From assembly GCA_965226585.1 (NCBI GenBank), contig OZ245366.1, forward strand, positions 1,420,248 through 1,484,247: a DNA stretch of 64,000 nt, given 5' to 3'. Below, piece by piece: positions 28,214 to 44,513 of the stretch. Both the position numbers and the translations under genes were made by a program. The notes under the pieces are model-generated. The model saw nothing but the letters and a program-made list of their open reading frames with translations. It was not told the DNA's origin and searched no databases. How positions within the stretch are numbered: position 1 is the first letter of the stretch; the number at the start of each line of letters is the position of its first letter. The stretch is from Thermodesulfobacteriota bacterium (GTDB taxonomy: Bacteria > Desulfobacterota_D > UBA1144 > Nemesobacterales > Mycalebacteriaceae).

Positions 28214-29113
28214 TCAAGAAAGAAAACCCTCAGGCGAAAGCACTCTCAGCGCGCCCTTGCGGACAGAAACCTCATGCCTTCCCGCTTTCAGAACAAATGG
28301 CTCTCCGTCCATATGGGCGGGAAGGTCTCTTGAGGTTTCAAACTCCGCCCTTTCGGTCTGAATTCTCTCCATCCATCCGCCGCCCCCGCCGCCCGCGGCA
28401 ACAGAAAGAAGGCGCGCAATCCTCACCGGGGCGCGCATGTCAAAGGCAAAATGGAAATCAAGAAGCCCGTCATCGGGCTTTGCCGAAGGAGAAATTTTGA
28501 AACCCCCTTGGCTCGCCCCGTTTGAAACGCCCATAAAAAGACACCGCCCCTCCACATTGCGCCCTGAAGCAGTCGCCATTGCGGGAAAACCCTCAAACGA
28601 GAACGCCTGCGCGACTGCGGCGGCAAGGTATCCGGCAAAACCGCCTAAAAATCTGTAGCGGGGAAAACAGTCCGCTATCGCCCCGTCCATCCCTATGCCC
28701 AGCCCGTTTATGAACATCTTTCCGTCAAGTGTGCCGGCGTCAACGTTCATGCATTTGCCCGTAATGGCGGTTTCAAGCGCGGCGGAAAGAGAGGGGGGAA
28801 TGGAGCACGCGGAGGGAAAATCGTTTCCGCTTCCGCGAGGGATGATTGCGAATTTCACATGAGTTCCGGCAACTTGCGCCGCAATCTCGCTTGAAGTTCC
28901 GTCTCCCCCCACAGACACGATGGTGGAAAAGCCCTCTCTCACCCCTTGGGCGGCGATAATGCCGGCGTCTCCGGGGGCGGTGGTGGGGCGAATCTCAAAA
29001 CCCACGTCTTTTGAGTGGCAGAAAACCGATATTGTGTCGTCAATGCCGCCGCCTCTGCGGTTTCCGGAAGCGGGGTTGACTATAAAAAGATGGGATAGAG
29101 AGTTTGCCGTCAC
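28214..29113 (-). CDS. Diacylglycerol/lipid kinase family (YegS/DgkB-like)
   Basis: IVNPASG, VGGDGT, PRGSGNDF, GIGMDG, HMDGEP; GTG start 6 nt after TGtTATAGT. Confidence 0.9.
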   Translation of the reverse strand: MTANSLSHLFIVNPASGNRRGGGIDDTISVFCHSKDVGFEIRPTTAPGDAGIIAAQGVREGFSTIVSVGGDGTSSEIAAQVAGTHVKFAIIPRGSGNDFPSACSIPPSLSAALETAITGKCMNVDAGTLDGKMFINGLGIGMDGAIADCFPRYRFLGGFAGYLAAAVAQAFSFEGFPAMATASGRNVEGRCLFMGVSNGASQGGFKISPSAKPDDGLLDFHFAFDMRAPVRIARLLSVAAGGGGGGWMERIQTERAEFETSRDLPAHMDGEPFVLKAGRHEVSVRKGALRVLSPEGFLS

Positions 29114-29214
29114 AGTTGAACTATAACAGAAAGGCACTTGATAAAAACTCCGCTCTTGTGTAGAAATATGCCTTGCGCTCCGCCTCCCGCGGACGCGCCG
29201 TGAGGGAGAACTTA

Positions 29215-30228
29215 ATGAGTGAAGAGACACAGGAAATACAAAGCGGCGGCGAGGAGCTGAAAATGAAACAGCTTCTTGAGGCCGGAGCGCATTTCGGGCA
29301 CCAGAAAAGCTACCGCAACCCCAAGATGGAGCCCTACATTTTTGATGTTCGCAACGGGGTTCACATAATAGATTTGCAGAAAACCGTGGAACTTTTCAAA
29401 GTTGCCTACGAGTTTATTTTCAGCCTTATTTCAAAGGGCGGCGTCATTCTGTTCGTGGGAACAAAACAGCAGGCAAGCGGAATTATCAAAGAAGAGGCGG
29501 AACGCTGTTCCATGCCGTATGTGAATATGCGCTGGCTCGGCGGAACGCTTACAAACTTCAGCACAATCCGCTCGCGCCTCCAGTACATGGAAAGCCTCAG
29601 ACAGCTTGAAGAGGAAAAAAAGATAGATCTTCTGCCCAACAAGGAAGCCATAAGACTGAGAAAAGAAGAAGCCAAACTGTCGGGGCTTCTGGGCGGTCTC
29701 TGCTCTATGAAGAAACTTCCCGATGCGGTGCTTATTGTTGACACGCACAAAGAGGTGAACGCTTTCAAAGAGGCGAAAAAACTGGGCATTCCCATCGTGG
29801 GGCTTGTGGACACAAACTGCGACCCTACGGGAGTTGACTACATCATTCCGACAAACGATGACGCGATGAGAGCGATAAAACTGTTCGCCTCAAAAGTGGC
29901 GGACGCTTGTGTTGAAGGGGCGAAAGCGTATGCGGAAACCGTGAAAGACATGCCCGAAGACCAGCGCAGAGAGCAGGAAGAGGAGACAGACGGACCCATA
30001 GTTGAGAAGAAGATGTACGTGTTCAGGAAGTTCGGCGAAGAAGAGGAAGACGAAGGCGGCGAGAAGGCAGCCGCAAGCGCGCCTCCCGCTGAGACGGCAC
30101 AAACCCCTGAAAATGCCGGAAAGGCAAAAGAAGCCGCGCCTGAGGGCAAGGCGGAGAACGGTGAAGGCGGGGAAACTGAAGAGAGCGGTGAACAAAGCGG
30201 AGAGAGCGGGAAGGAGAAAGAGGAGTAA
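29215..30228 (+). CDS. rpsB: 30S ribosomal protein S2 with acidic C-terminal tail
   Basis: LLEAGAHFGHQ, FVGTKQQA, RWLGGTLTNF, DTNCDP, NDDAMRA. Confidence 0.98.
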   Translation: MSEETQEIQSGGEELKMKQLLEAGAHFGHQKSYRNPKMEPYIFDVRNGVHIIDLQKTVELFKVAYEFIFSLISKGGVILFVGTKQQASGIIKEEAERCSMPYVNMRWLGGTLTNFSTIRSRLQYMESLRQLEEEKKIDLLPNKEAIRLRKEEAKLSGLLGGLCSMKKLPDAVLIVDTHKEVNAFKEAKKLGIPIVGLVDTNCDPTGVDYIIPTNDDAMRAIKLFASKVADACVEGAKAYAETVKDMPEDQRREQEEETDGPIVEKKMYVFRKFGEEEEDEGGEKAAASAPPAETAQTPENAGKAKEAAPEGKAENGEGGETEESGEQSGESGKEKEE

Positions 30229-30833
30229 TGGCGGACGTTACCTCAACAATGGTCAGAGAGGCGAGAGACCGCACGGGAGCCTCTTTTATAGACTGCAAAA
30301 AGGCGCTTGAAGAGTCCGGCGGCGACATGGACAAGGCGCTTGACATCCTCAAGATAAAGGGCGCGGGCAAGGCGGGAAAGAAAGCGGGCAGAGAAACTCC
30401 CGAAGGGATTGTAACCTCTTACATTCACCCGGGCGGCAAGATAGGCGTTATGCTTGAAATCAACTGCGAGACTGATTTTGTTGCGCGAAACGAGGAGTTT
30501 GAAAACCTTTCAAAAGAGATAACGATGCAGATAGCGGCAACGGGTCCTCTCTACACACGCAGGGAGGAAATCCCTGAGAATGTTCTTGAGAAAGAGAAGG
30601 AGATTATCCGCGCCCGCGCGAAGGAATCCGGCAAGCCGGACAAGATAATGGACAAGATAATTGACGGCGGAATTGAGAAGTTCTACAAAGAGGTATGCCT
30701 TCTTGAGCAGGAATACATAAGAGAGCCGAAAACAAAAATTCAAGACCTTGTATCGTCTGTCATATCAAAAACGGGCGAAAACATAGTGGTCAGAAGATTC
30801 ACCCGGTTTCAACTCGGAGAGTCCGCTGACTGA
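30228..30833 (+). CDS. tsf: Elongation factor Ts (short form)
   Basis: DCKKAL, EINCETDFVA, VRRFTRFQLGE. Confidence 0.97.
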   Translation: MADVTSTMVREARDRTGASFIDCKKALEESGGDMDKALDILKIKGAGKAGKKAGRETPEGIVTSYIHPGGKIGVMLEINCETDFVARNEEFENLSKEITMQIAATGPLYTRREEIPENVLEKEKEIIRARAKESGKPDKIMDKIIDGGIEKFYKEVCLLEQEYIREPKTKIQDLVSSVISKTGENIVVRRFTRFQLGESAD

Positions 30834-30844
30834 ACTCATTTGAG

Positions 30845-31591
30845 ATGCCGCCTACCCGCAAAAAAAAGAAAAAAAAGGTTTACAACAGAATTCTCCTGAA
30901 AATCGGTGGAGAAGCCCTTCAGGGCAAAGATGAATTTGGTATAGACATTGCCGCTCTGGACAATGTGTCGGTACAGCTCAAGAAGTTGACTTCTCTGGGC
31001 GTTGACATAGCCCTTGTAATTGGGGGCGGAAACTTTTTCAGGGGCAATTCCAACCACGCGCGCGGCATGGACAGGTCAACGGCGGACTACATGGGAATGC
31101 TTGCGACCGTGATAAACGCCATCGCGCTTCAGGATTCTCTTGAAAGGCAGGGAGTTGACACGAGGGTTCAGAGCGGGCTTGAAATCAAGCAGGTAGCCGA
31201 GCCGTTCATCAAGCGGCGGGCTTTGCGGCACATTGAGAAAGGCAGGGTTGTAATTTTTGCCGCCGGAACGGGAAATCCGTTTTTCACAACAGACACGGCG
31301 GCGTCTTTGCGGGCGCTTCAAATCGGGGCGGACGCGGTTTTGAAAGGCACAAAGGTTGACGGCATATACGACAAAGACCCGAAAAAGCATTCAGACGCCA
31401 CCATGTTCAGCGAACTCACCTACATGGAGGTGATTCAGAAGGAGCTTGACGTGATGGACACGACCGCCATATCGCTTTGTATGCAGAGCGGGATACCGAT
31501 AGTGGTTTTCAATCTGTTCAAGCCGGGCAATATGGAGAAGGTTATTCGCGGCGAGAAGATAGGAACAAAGGTTTGGAGTGGAAAGCAGTGA
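30845..31591 (+). CDS. pyrH: UMP kinase
   Basis: RILLKIGGEAL, GGGNFFRG, DYMGMLAT, GNPFFTTDTAA. Confidence 0.98.
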   Translation: MPPTRKKKKKKVYNRILLKIGGEALQGKDEFGIDIAALDNVSVQLKKLTSLGVDIALVIGGGNFFRGNSNHARGMDRSTADYMGMLATVINAIALQDSLERQGVDTRVQSGLEIKQVAEPFIKRRALRHIEKGRVVIFAAGTGNPFFTTDTAASLRALQIGADAVLKGTKVDGIYDKDPKKHSDATMFSELTYMEVIQKELDVMDTTAISLCMQSGIPIVVFNLFKPGNMEKVIRGEKIGTKVWSGKQ

Positions 31592-32154
31592 GCGAGGCGA
31601 CTGAAAGCATAAAGAGTCAGACTGCTGAGAGGATGGGCAAAACCGTTTCCGCGTTAGAGGTGGAGATGGCAAAGTTGAGAACGGGAAAGGCGTCCACGGG
31701 TTTGATAGAGACGCTTGAGATTGATTATCACGGGGCGAAGATGCCGCTTAATCAGGTGGCGGGTTTAACCGTGCCGGATCCGCAAACGGTTTTGATACAG
31801 CCGTGGGATGAGACGGTGATTGCGGACATAGAGAAGGCGATAAATCAGTCTGACCTTGGAATTGCGCCCGCAAGAGACGGGAAGATGATACGGATATCCA
31901 TTCCGCCGCTGAGTGAAGACAGGAGAAAGGAGTTTGTAAAGATTGCGAACAGAATAGCCGAAGACCACCGCGTTTCCGTCAGGCAGACAAGGAAAGACCT
32001 CAACACGAAGGTAAAGGCGATGGAGAAAGAGGGTGAATTGTCTGAAGATGAAAGCAAAAAGACCCAGACGGACATTCAGAAAGCCACTGATGAGTTTATT
32101 GGAAAGATAAACTCAATGCTTGGGAAGAAAGAGAAAGAGATTTTAGAGATTTAG
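31588..32154 (+). CDS. frr: Ribosome recycling factor
   Basis: LRTGKAS, IQPWD, IPPLSEDRRKE, KKEKEILEI; GTGA overlap with pyrH. Confidence 0.96.
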   Translation: MSEATESIKSQTAERMGKTVSALEVEMAKLRTGKASTGLIETLEIDYHGAKMPLNQVAGLTVPDPQTVLIQPWDETVIADIEKAINQSDLGIAPARDGKMIRISIPPLSEDRRKEFVKIANRIAEDHRVSVRQTRKDLNTKVKAMEKEGELSEDESKKTQTDIQKATDEFIGKINSMLGKKEKEILEI

Positions 32155-32199
32155 GCGGTAAAAACGCCACCCCGTAAAATAAGGGTTTTTTGAACCTGC

Positions 32200-32239
32200 A
32201 CCTTGAAAATTGTACAAGTGAGTGTTCAATTTTCAAGGT
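32200..32239. terminator. 13-bp perfect inverted repeat between convergent frr and mazE
   Basis: ACCTTGAAAATTG-N14-CAATTTTCAAGGT; function inferred from position. Confidence 0.5.
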
Positions 32240-32258
32240 TGTTTGATGGGCGAGTCTC

Positions 32259-32498
32259 CTACCAGATTTCCTTTCCGACTGCGGAATCTATACCCATTTC
32301 GGCGTGAATGTTTTCTTTGGTAACGCCTTTCAGCAACTGTGAGAGAGTGAATTTGCCGTTCAGGGGAGCAATAAGCAATTTGTCACCACACAAACTAATT
32401 TCAACAGAGGAACCCTGCTTTAAGTTTGCTTCATCGGCAAAGACCTTTGGAATGCGCAACGCCAAACTGTTTCCCCACTTTTGAATATGTGTTTTCAT
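32259..32498 (-). CDS. mazE: AbrB/MazE-family antitoxin (no adjacent toxin)
   Basis: IQKWGNSLALRIPK, TLSQLLKGVTKENIH, terminal GKEIW. Confidence 0.88.
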   Translation of the reverse strand: MKTHIQKWGNSLALRIPKVFADEANLKQGSSVEISLCGDKLLIAPLNGKFTLSQLLKGVTKENIHAEMGIDSAVGKEIW

Positions 32499-32544
32499 AT
32501 ATCACAGCCTCTTTTTATACGAGTATACACACCGTTTAGTTACG

Positions 32545-35500
32545 TCAAGTTGGATTTTCTATTTTCACGAACTCAAAATAACCTCTTTTCAAGAGATTTT
32601 CCCGTGCGTTTTCAGCATGCTCTTGCACATTGATATCTTCACTTTTAAGTCCAGACTGTATTATCAGTTTGGCTTCTTCTTGTCGAACGTAGTAAGTGTC
32701 ATCCATCTTGGATGTTAAAGCAGAGAAACATTCAACTACCAAAGCAGGATTGTTTTCTAACATCGTACATAGAGATTCTGTGAAAGTTGAGAATTGATAA
32801 TCTCTAAAGGACTTAACGACACCTGCAATTTTTAATAAAGATTCAAGCTTCCACTTGGCAGGGAAGCATTCAGATTTCATCCAGAAAACAAACTCTTGCA
32901 ATTCATCACTATTTTCTGAATCAAAACGCCAATTGAAAAATTGAATTATTCTCTCTTTCAATTCTCCATCAATATCCTGCTCTTTGCTGTTTTTCAGTAA
33001 GTGTCCCACATGATTAAATAAACCTGCCCAATAATGTTTTTTTCCTTTAGTTAGATGGTAATACCGCCTCAACAAACTTATATCATCTGCAAGATTATCT
33101 AATCCCCACAAATAGTAGTGAAACAGATGCTGTCCAAGATTGTCAATCACATCATTTCCATGAAATTCTTTTTCTAATTGAAACTCATCAATACCATCAA
33201 GGGCAAATTGTATATCCTCTTTGAAAAGTTGGAAAATGGGTTCGTAGGGGCTGGTATAATAGAGAAAAAATCTGAATGCTTCTACCCACTTGAGAGGCTC
33301 ATAACGCGGAAAGAAAAACTCTTTATGCTGAGTTGCCCATTGTTTATCCAGCCCATAAATTCTTAAATAGTTTGCCCCAATGATTGCGTATTCAGGTAGC
33401 GTCAAGTGATAATCACACTCTGGAGACATGCGCTTTTCAAGAATGTCTACAACCTCACAAACTTTAACTTCATCTCCACCTTCTAAATTCCTCCTGACCC
33501 AATAACCAAAATTGACTAGATTTTCTAATGAACTGCTACGAGTATTGTTGATTGCTTCCGCAAACTGGTTATTTCCATCTACTAAAACCTTGTGTCCGGT
33601 ATCTAGTCTCCAGTCGTGTTGTGTACAGAGCATATCCAACAATTTGGCGATGCTTTCGCGTTCGGTGATTGGAACATTATTCTCCTTTTTCAAGCAATCT
33701 CCTATAAAGTCACTAACAGCACGACGGGGAAGCACCCAATTTACACTCTCTCCTGACTCGTCACTAAAGGCAAAACCACTTTTTTCCTTTTGGCTCGGAT
33801 GGGACATTATCCATTCGCAAATCTGGAAACAATTTCCAATATTTGTGAGATTTCCCTCTTTAAGTTGAGCTTGAAACGCCTGAATCATTGAGCGGACATA
33901 AATTGGGCGTTTGATTTTTCTGCAAGCATCTACCCAAAACTGAAAACGCACACTATCCTGAAGAATTACATTCTGAAACAATAATTGGAATTCATCTGCA
34001 AGTCCCCTTATGCCGACAATAACAAATGGTTCTTCCCTTTCTGTATCCTTATACTGAAGGTTGTTGAGTCTTTGTAACAGTTCTTCATCTGGCAAACTCA
34101 CAAGGGTCTCTTGAGGCAGAGGGCTTTTATAAGAAACCGCACCAGACCTAACTCCGGGACGAATATAGTCTTCATCTGCAATGGGTTTTGTACTCTTTGA
34201 ATCTAATTCTTGAAGGCGTTTTTTATACTTGCCAAACAAAACCGATGCAAAAGGTGCAAGCTGGAGGTGATGAAAATGTTCTTGGTATTCAAGAAACTTG
34301 TTCTCGTTATAATCGCCTAATTGATCGTTTTTAGGTGGACCCTCTACAATCTTTTTGAAAATCATTTCTCGTTCTTCTCTGGTCAACAAATCATCCTTGA
34401 AATACTCACACGCACTACGAATCAATCTGTAAAACTCAAAAGAATATTTCCTCTTCCCATAACATTCACTTGGAAAAACAATATCGCGAATCCACGGTTT
34501 TGTTTGTTCATTCACATTTAGAGCATATAAATGTTGACGAAGACGTTTGAATACTTCCCATCGATTTCTTCTTAATGTTTTATCTAGTTTTTCTACTATA
34601 TCTGGAGATGTCTTTTCATAGACTTTTTCACATGCATATGTGAGAGCATGAACAATACCTTGCTTGGGTTCTTCATAATCACCTTTCTCATGAGTCAGAT
34701 TTCTACACCAAATCCTTGACCAATCATGACCTTCCCGTTCATTTAATTCATCTTTGTGGACAGTCATTTCTATCATTCTGCTTACTTCATTAGCCAAGAG
34801 AAGTGCAACTTCATAAGGTTCTTTATCTGCAAGACAAACAACTCCTTTAAGCATTCGACTATATTCTCTCTCATCAGCAAAAATTTTTTGCTTTGGTTCT
34901 AGGGAGGTGTCGTAGGCATCTGATTTTTCTTTACGTCTTTTTTCTTTTTGGCTTTCTAGGGGGTCAGGGGAGAATCTGATGATATCCCTCACGAAACTCA
35001 ACGCTTCTTGAATACAATCTTCTTGCAACCAGTGTATTAAGAGATCCGAACATCTTTTCCCCGGCAATATACCGTATTTAGTCTCAAAATATTCGAAAAT
35101 CTTCGGTTGTAATTTTACAGAACACTCCCCTTTGATTTTTAGCGCAATATCAATAATATCTTCATAGACTCTTGAGTTATCAGATGGAGGAATTTCCAAC
35201 AAGATAGCAACCACTTCATCTGGATTGCTATCTGCTACATTTTTTAAATATCTCAGTTCCGGCCAATAAGGTAACTGAACACTACTACCATCTGACAATT
35301 CCCGTATTGGTGGAGGAGAGCTAAAATACTTTCCTTCTTTCAAAGGTTTGATCAAAGAAGAATTTTTCAATCTGGAGAAAAAATACTGACGGTCTACTTT
35401 CTTCACACAAGATAAAACTTCTCTTATGATTTCATTTGGTAGTTTTGTCCAAGATTTGTTGACTTCATCCAAAATTTCATCTATACGCCTCAACCTTGTA

Positions 35501-36093
35501 TATTGTTTGCTGGCTGCTGCGTACAAGCAGTCCTCTAACATTTTAAAATGTTTTTCCACTTCACAATCAACACCTTCTTCAAATTGTACTTTACTGAGAT
35601 GGGTATGTTTCAAAAACCACTGCTTTGCTTCCTTCCAATCTGAGTAAAAGTTTTTCGGTATCTCGTTGGCATCATAATCGAGCAAATATAGGAAGTATAG
35701 TTCCATTTTCTCTTTACTGCTCTTACGCCCCTGCCTGTGTTTGCTAATAATATTTTCAATTGTTTTGCAAACATTGCCAGACATAATCCCTTCTCTATTT
35801 TCATTTGCAAATTCATTTTCATTTTTCTCAAGTTCACAATCCCAGATTTTCTCTAAATTATCTATTAATTGTTTGTATTCAACCCTTTCCCATCCTTTTA
35901 TTCCGGCAAGGTGGACAGGAAGAATATTCATCAAATCCCTTCCAGCATGAGAAACGAAAGTTATATATCCATCTGATTTATCCGCGAGAAGGATAACAGC
36001 ACCTTTGTAAGCATCAGCAAAAACTGAAAGATTTGGGTCATCTCGCAACCACTTGAATACAACGCTCTGTTTTTCGGTTAAACCTCTCTTCAT
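32545..36093 (-). CDS. 1182-aa hypothetical protein, defence-like, probably helical with possible N-terminal HEPN-like domain
   Basis: Long AT-rich ORF; SHAGRDLMNILP..WFLKHTH; YFFSRL..PPP..YWPELRYL..DNSRV; AINNTRS. Confidence 0.75.
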   Translation of the reverse strand: MKRGLTEKQSVVFKWLRDDPNLSVFADAYKGAVILLADKSDGYITFVSHAGRDLMNILPVHLAGIKGWERVEYKQLIDNLEKIWDCELEKNENEFANENREGIMSGNVCKTIENIISKHRQGRKSSKEKMELYFLYLLDYDANEIPKNFYSDWKEAKQWFLKHTHLSKVQFEEGVDCEVEKHFKMLEDCLYAAASKQYTRLRRIDEILDEVNKSWTKLPNEIIREVLSCVKKVDRQYFFSRLKNSSLIKPLKEGKYFSSPPPIRELSDGSSVQLPYWPELRYLKNVADSNPDEVVAILLEIPPSDNSRVYEDIIDIALKIKGECSVKLQPKIFEYFETKYGILPGKRCSDLLIHWLQEDCIQEALSFVRDIIRFSPDPLESQKEKRRKEKSDAYDTSLEPKQKIFADEREYSRMLKGVVCLADKEPYEVALLLANEVSRMIEMTVHKDELNEREGHDWSRIWCRNLTHEKGDYEEPKQGIVHALTYACEKVYEKTSPDIVEKLDKTLRRNRWEVFKRLRQHLYALNVNEQTKPWIRDIVFPSECYGKRKYSFEFYRLIRSACEYFKDDLLTREEREMIFKKIVEGPPKNDQLGDYNENKFLEYQEHFHHLQLAPFASVLFGKYKKRLQELDSKSTKPIADEDYIRPGVRSGAVSYKSPLPQETLVSLPDEELLQRLNNLQYKDTEREEPFVIVGIRGLADEFQLLFQNVILQDSVRFQFWVDACRKIKRPIYVRSMIQAFQAQLKEGNLTNIGNCFQICEWIMSHPSQKEKSGFAFSDESGESVNWVLPRRAVSDFIGDCLKKENNVPITERESIAKLLDMLCTQHDWRLDTGHKVLVDGNNQFAEAINNTRSSSLENLVNFGYWVRRNLEGGDEVKVCEVVDILEKRMSPECDYHLTLPEYAIIGANYLRIYGLDKQWATQHKEFFFPRYEPLKWVEAFRFFLYYTSPYEPIFQLFKEDIQFALDGIDEFQLEKEFHGNDVIDNLGQHLFHYYLWGLDNLADDISLLRRYYHLTKGKKHYWAGLFNHVGHLLKNSKEQDIDGELKERIIQFFNWRFDSENSDELQEFVFWMKSECFPAKWKLESLLKIAGVVKSFRDYQFSTFTESLCTMLENNPALVVECFSALTSKMDDTYYVRQEEAKLIIQSGLKSEDINVQEHAENARENLLKRGYFEFVKIENPT

Positions 36094-36122
36094 CTAGCTC
36101 TCTCAACCCCTCCCACACACTC
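36090..36122 (-). repeat. Degenerate copy of the serS 3' terminus
   Basis: GAGTGTGTGGGAGGGGTTGAGAGAGCTAGATGA (ECVGGVERAR*) matches the 38.75-kb copy ([10 protein letters not shown]) at 24/33 nt without gaps. Confidence 0.5.
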
Positions 36123-36262
36123 TTTCAGCCCCATTTTACCTATTGTATAAACCATTTTGCTATTTTCCGCTCCCACGAAGTTAATTCTACATTCTCCTAC
36201 ACTCTTTACAATTTGCCAACAAACTCCATTGCGCACAACTCGTTCATCTGCTCTCTGACTAA

Positions 36263-40158
<3,896 letters not shown>

Positions 40159-40162
<4 letters not shown>

Positions 40163-40992
40163 ATCTGGATACACTCTTCAAGGTTACAGTCTTCAATTTC
40201 CTTTCTGATATCTTGCAATTCTTTGTTGCAAGCCAAGGCTAACAAAGATACTATTCGCGCCCTATCAATAATAAGCCCTTTCTGTTTGGAACGATTCAAT
40301 AATTGCACGGCGTTTTCTTCTATGTCAGCAATAGCGTAGACTTTAACCGGATCACTACAAAAATTAACAAGAGCCCCCTTCCATAAGTCTATATTAACAC
40401 CCCCTTTTTCTGTCCAATTCTTACCGGAGCGACACTGAACCAGAAGAATCAGCTTACCACCTCTTTTATCAACGAATGGACTCCACACAATCAAATCACA
40501 CTCAGCAAGAATATCTTTCATATTCTTATTTCTATATTCACTTACTGATTCGTTCGGACTCTCAAACAATTCCTTCTTGCAAAAATCCCACAAATTCTCT
40601 CCGCTAAGGTCATCTACATCTTCAAGGCATTTAGATGTACATCCCAAATATGAACGGAGGCTATGGCATACAACTTTCTCAAACAATCTACTTAAGCGTT
40701 TCTGCTTACTATCACTAAAACTTCCTGCGCCATAGATACAAGCAAGACAAAGAATATACTCACTCCTCGCCTTAAAATTCGGATTGACACTAACGGTTTT
40801 TGTGATTCTGTCGTACTGAAATACACTATTTCCAAACAGGTCTATCAAACTTTTGTATCGAGAAAATTCATCATTAACTTCAGATTCATCAAGAGAATTG
40901 CCAGTGCTCCGTTGTTCAAGTTCATCCCTTATCTCACACAAGGAAATTCTTCCTAGTTGAAGCAATTTATTTTCGTATTGAGATGTTATCAT
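40159..40992 (-). CDS. Putative restriction-endonuclease-fold protein
   Basis: LFEKVV, ECDLIVW, LLVQCRSGKNW (D..QC[K/R], Mrr-like pattern); ATGA-coupled on both sides. Confidence 0.6.
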
Positions 40993-42101
40993 ATGTCAAC
41001 TTTTCTTTTTATATCCGACACGGTGTTGTATATGCTGTCCGCCACATCTTTAAATTCTCCAAGTTTGTCTCTGTGTCGATCTATGTCCATTCCAGACAAT
41101 TTGCCACTAACAGTTTCCAACTTTGACTTCACTTGCCTGAGAGATTTCTCAAGAAAGTTGATTTCACCGCCAATCATATCAAGTGCCGAGTCAATGTTCC
41201 TTTCAGCTTTAAGGTGTTCTGTAGCACCTTCGTCGTCAAAAATCCTGCTTAATTTATTCGTAATATCTCTGGACTCTTCTATTAAGCGACGCATTTCACC
41301 ATTATCAAAAAGGCATCTAAATAAAAAACAGAGGTTTTCGAGTTTAGGGTCTGGAATTGGGCTTTCTATATCTTCTACCTTGTCAAGTGGAGGCAACCCT
41401 ATGTATTTCTTAATCGGTCCCTGCCCTGTCGCCAACTGCAGAAATGAAAAATTATCCTTTGCATCACTAGTATCAAACGTTCCATCATGATCCTCAACCT
41501 TTTTAATCAACCTATAGCAAATGTAAGTGCTTCTGGCAGAATTTCTTCTGTCTCCAATAATTTTTTGAATTTCGTCTATCCCATACCCCTCTTTTTCTTT
41601 CAGGTGGACTATATAACGAGCCCTCTCATAAACATCCCACTTCCTTACCCCCGCCAAGTGATGCACACCCAAAAAAGCCAAAACACTTTTACGGTCTGGG
41701 TAAAATAGAACAGGCAAATTCTCCATCTGCTCCCTTAACTCATTTGTAACTTCATTCTCATAATCTGACTCGCCACTCATCAACAATTTGATAGTCGCTA
41801 ACCTTCTATTTCCTTCAACAACGATAAACTTGCTTTTTTCATCTTTGGCATAAGAGTCGTATTCATCTTGGTCCTGAATACTCTCTTTTCCTTCTGGAAT
41901 AACCACTAAGGGTTCAGCTTCAAAATAACCGTTCGCAACCATCGAAAGTGCCAATTCGTCTAAATTGTAAGCCTTTCTGATGTGGTCAAAAATTTTATCA
42001 GAACTTTGAGAACTAACGGATTCAGGCAGACGTGGATTCTGCTTGTCTAAGGACAGTCTATTCCAATCCGCACGAATGATTACAGGTCTGATTTGTCCCA
42101 T
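40989..42101 (-). CDS. ParB/Srx-like N-terminal domain protein
   Basis: LDKQNPRL, EPLVV, VVEGNRRLATIKLL; AGAAAGGA RBS before ATG 42101. Confidence 0.8.
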   Translation of the reverse strand: MGQIRPVIIRADWNRLSLDKQNPRLPESVSSQSSDKIFDHIRKAYNLDELALSMVANGYFEAEPLVVIPEGKESIQDQDEYDSYAKDEKSKFIVVEGNRRLATIKLLMSGESDYENEVTNELREQMENLPVLFYPDRKSVLAFLGVHHLAGVRKWDVYERARYIVHLKEKEGYGIDEIQKIIGDRRNSARSTYICYRLIKKVEDHDGTFDTSDAKDNFSFLQLATGQGPIKKYIGLPPLDKVEDIESPIPDPKLENLCFLFRCLFDNGEMRRLIEESRDITNKLSRIFDDEGATEHLKAERNIDSALDMIGGEINFLEKSLRQVKSKLETVSGKLSGMDIDRHRDKLGEFKDVADSIYNTVSDIKRKVDI

Positions 42102-42218
42102 TTTGAAGTCCTTTCTAAAAGAAGAGAGCCCAACTCTATAACATTGCTCTTGCTTTAAACCCTCCAGCCCCATTGTATATGAGCAAGCATTTTGAGTAAA
42201 GAACCCAACTCTTCATTT

Positions 42219-44507
<2,289 letters not shown>

Positions 44508-44513
44508 CAGACT

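Noticed and set aside
29950..30228. Glu/Gly/Ala-rich tail of RpsB
   Set aside because: Low-complexity S2 extensions are common
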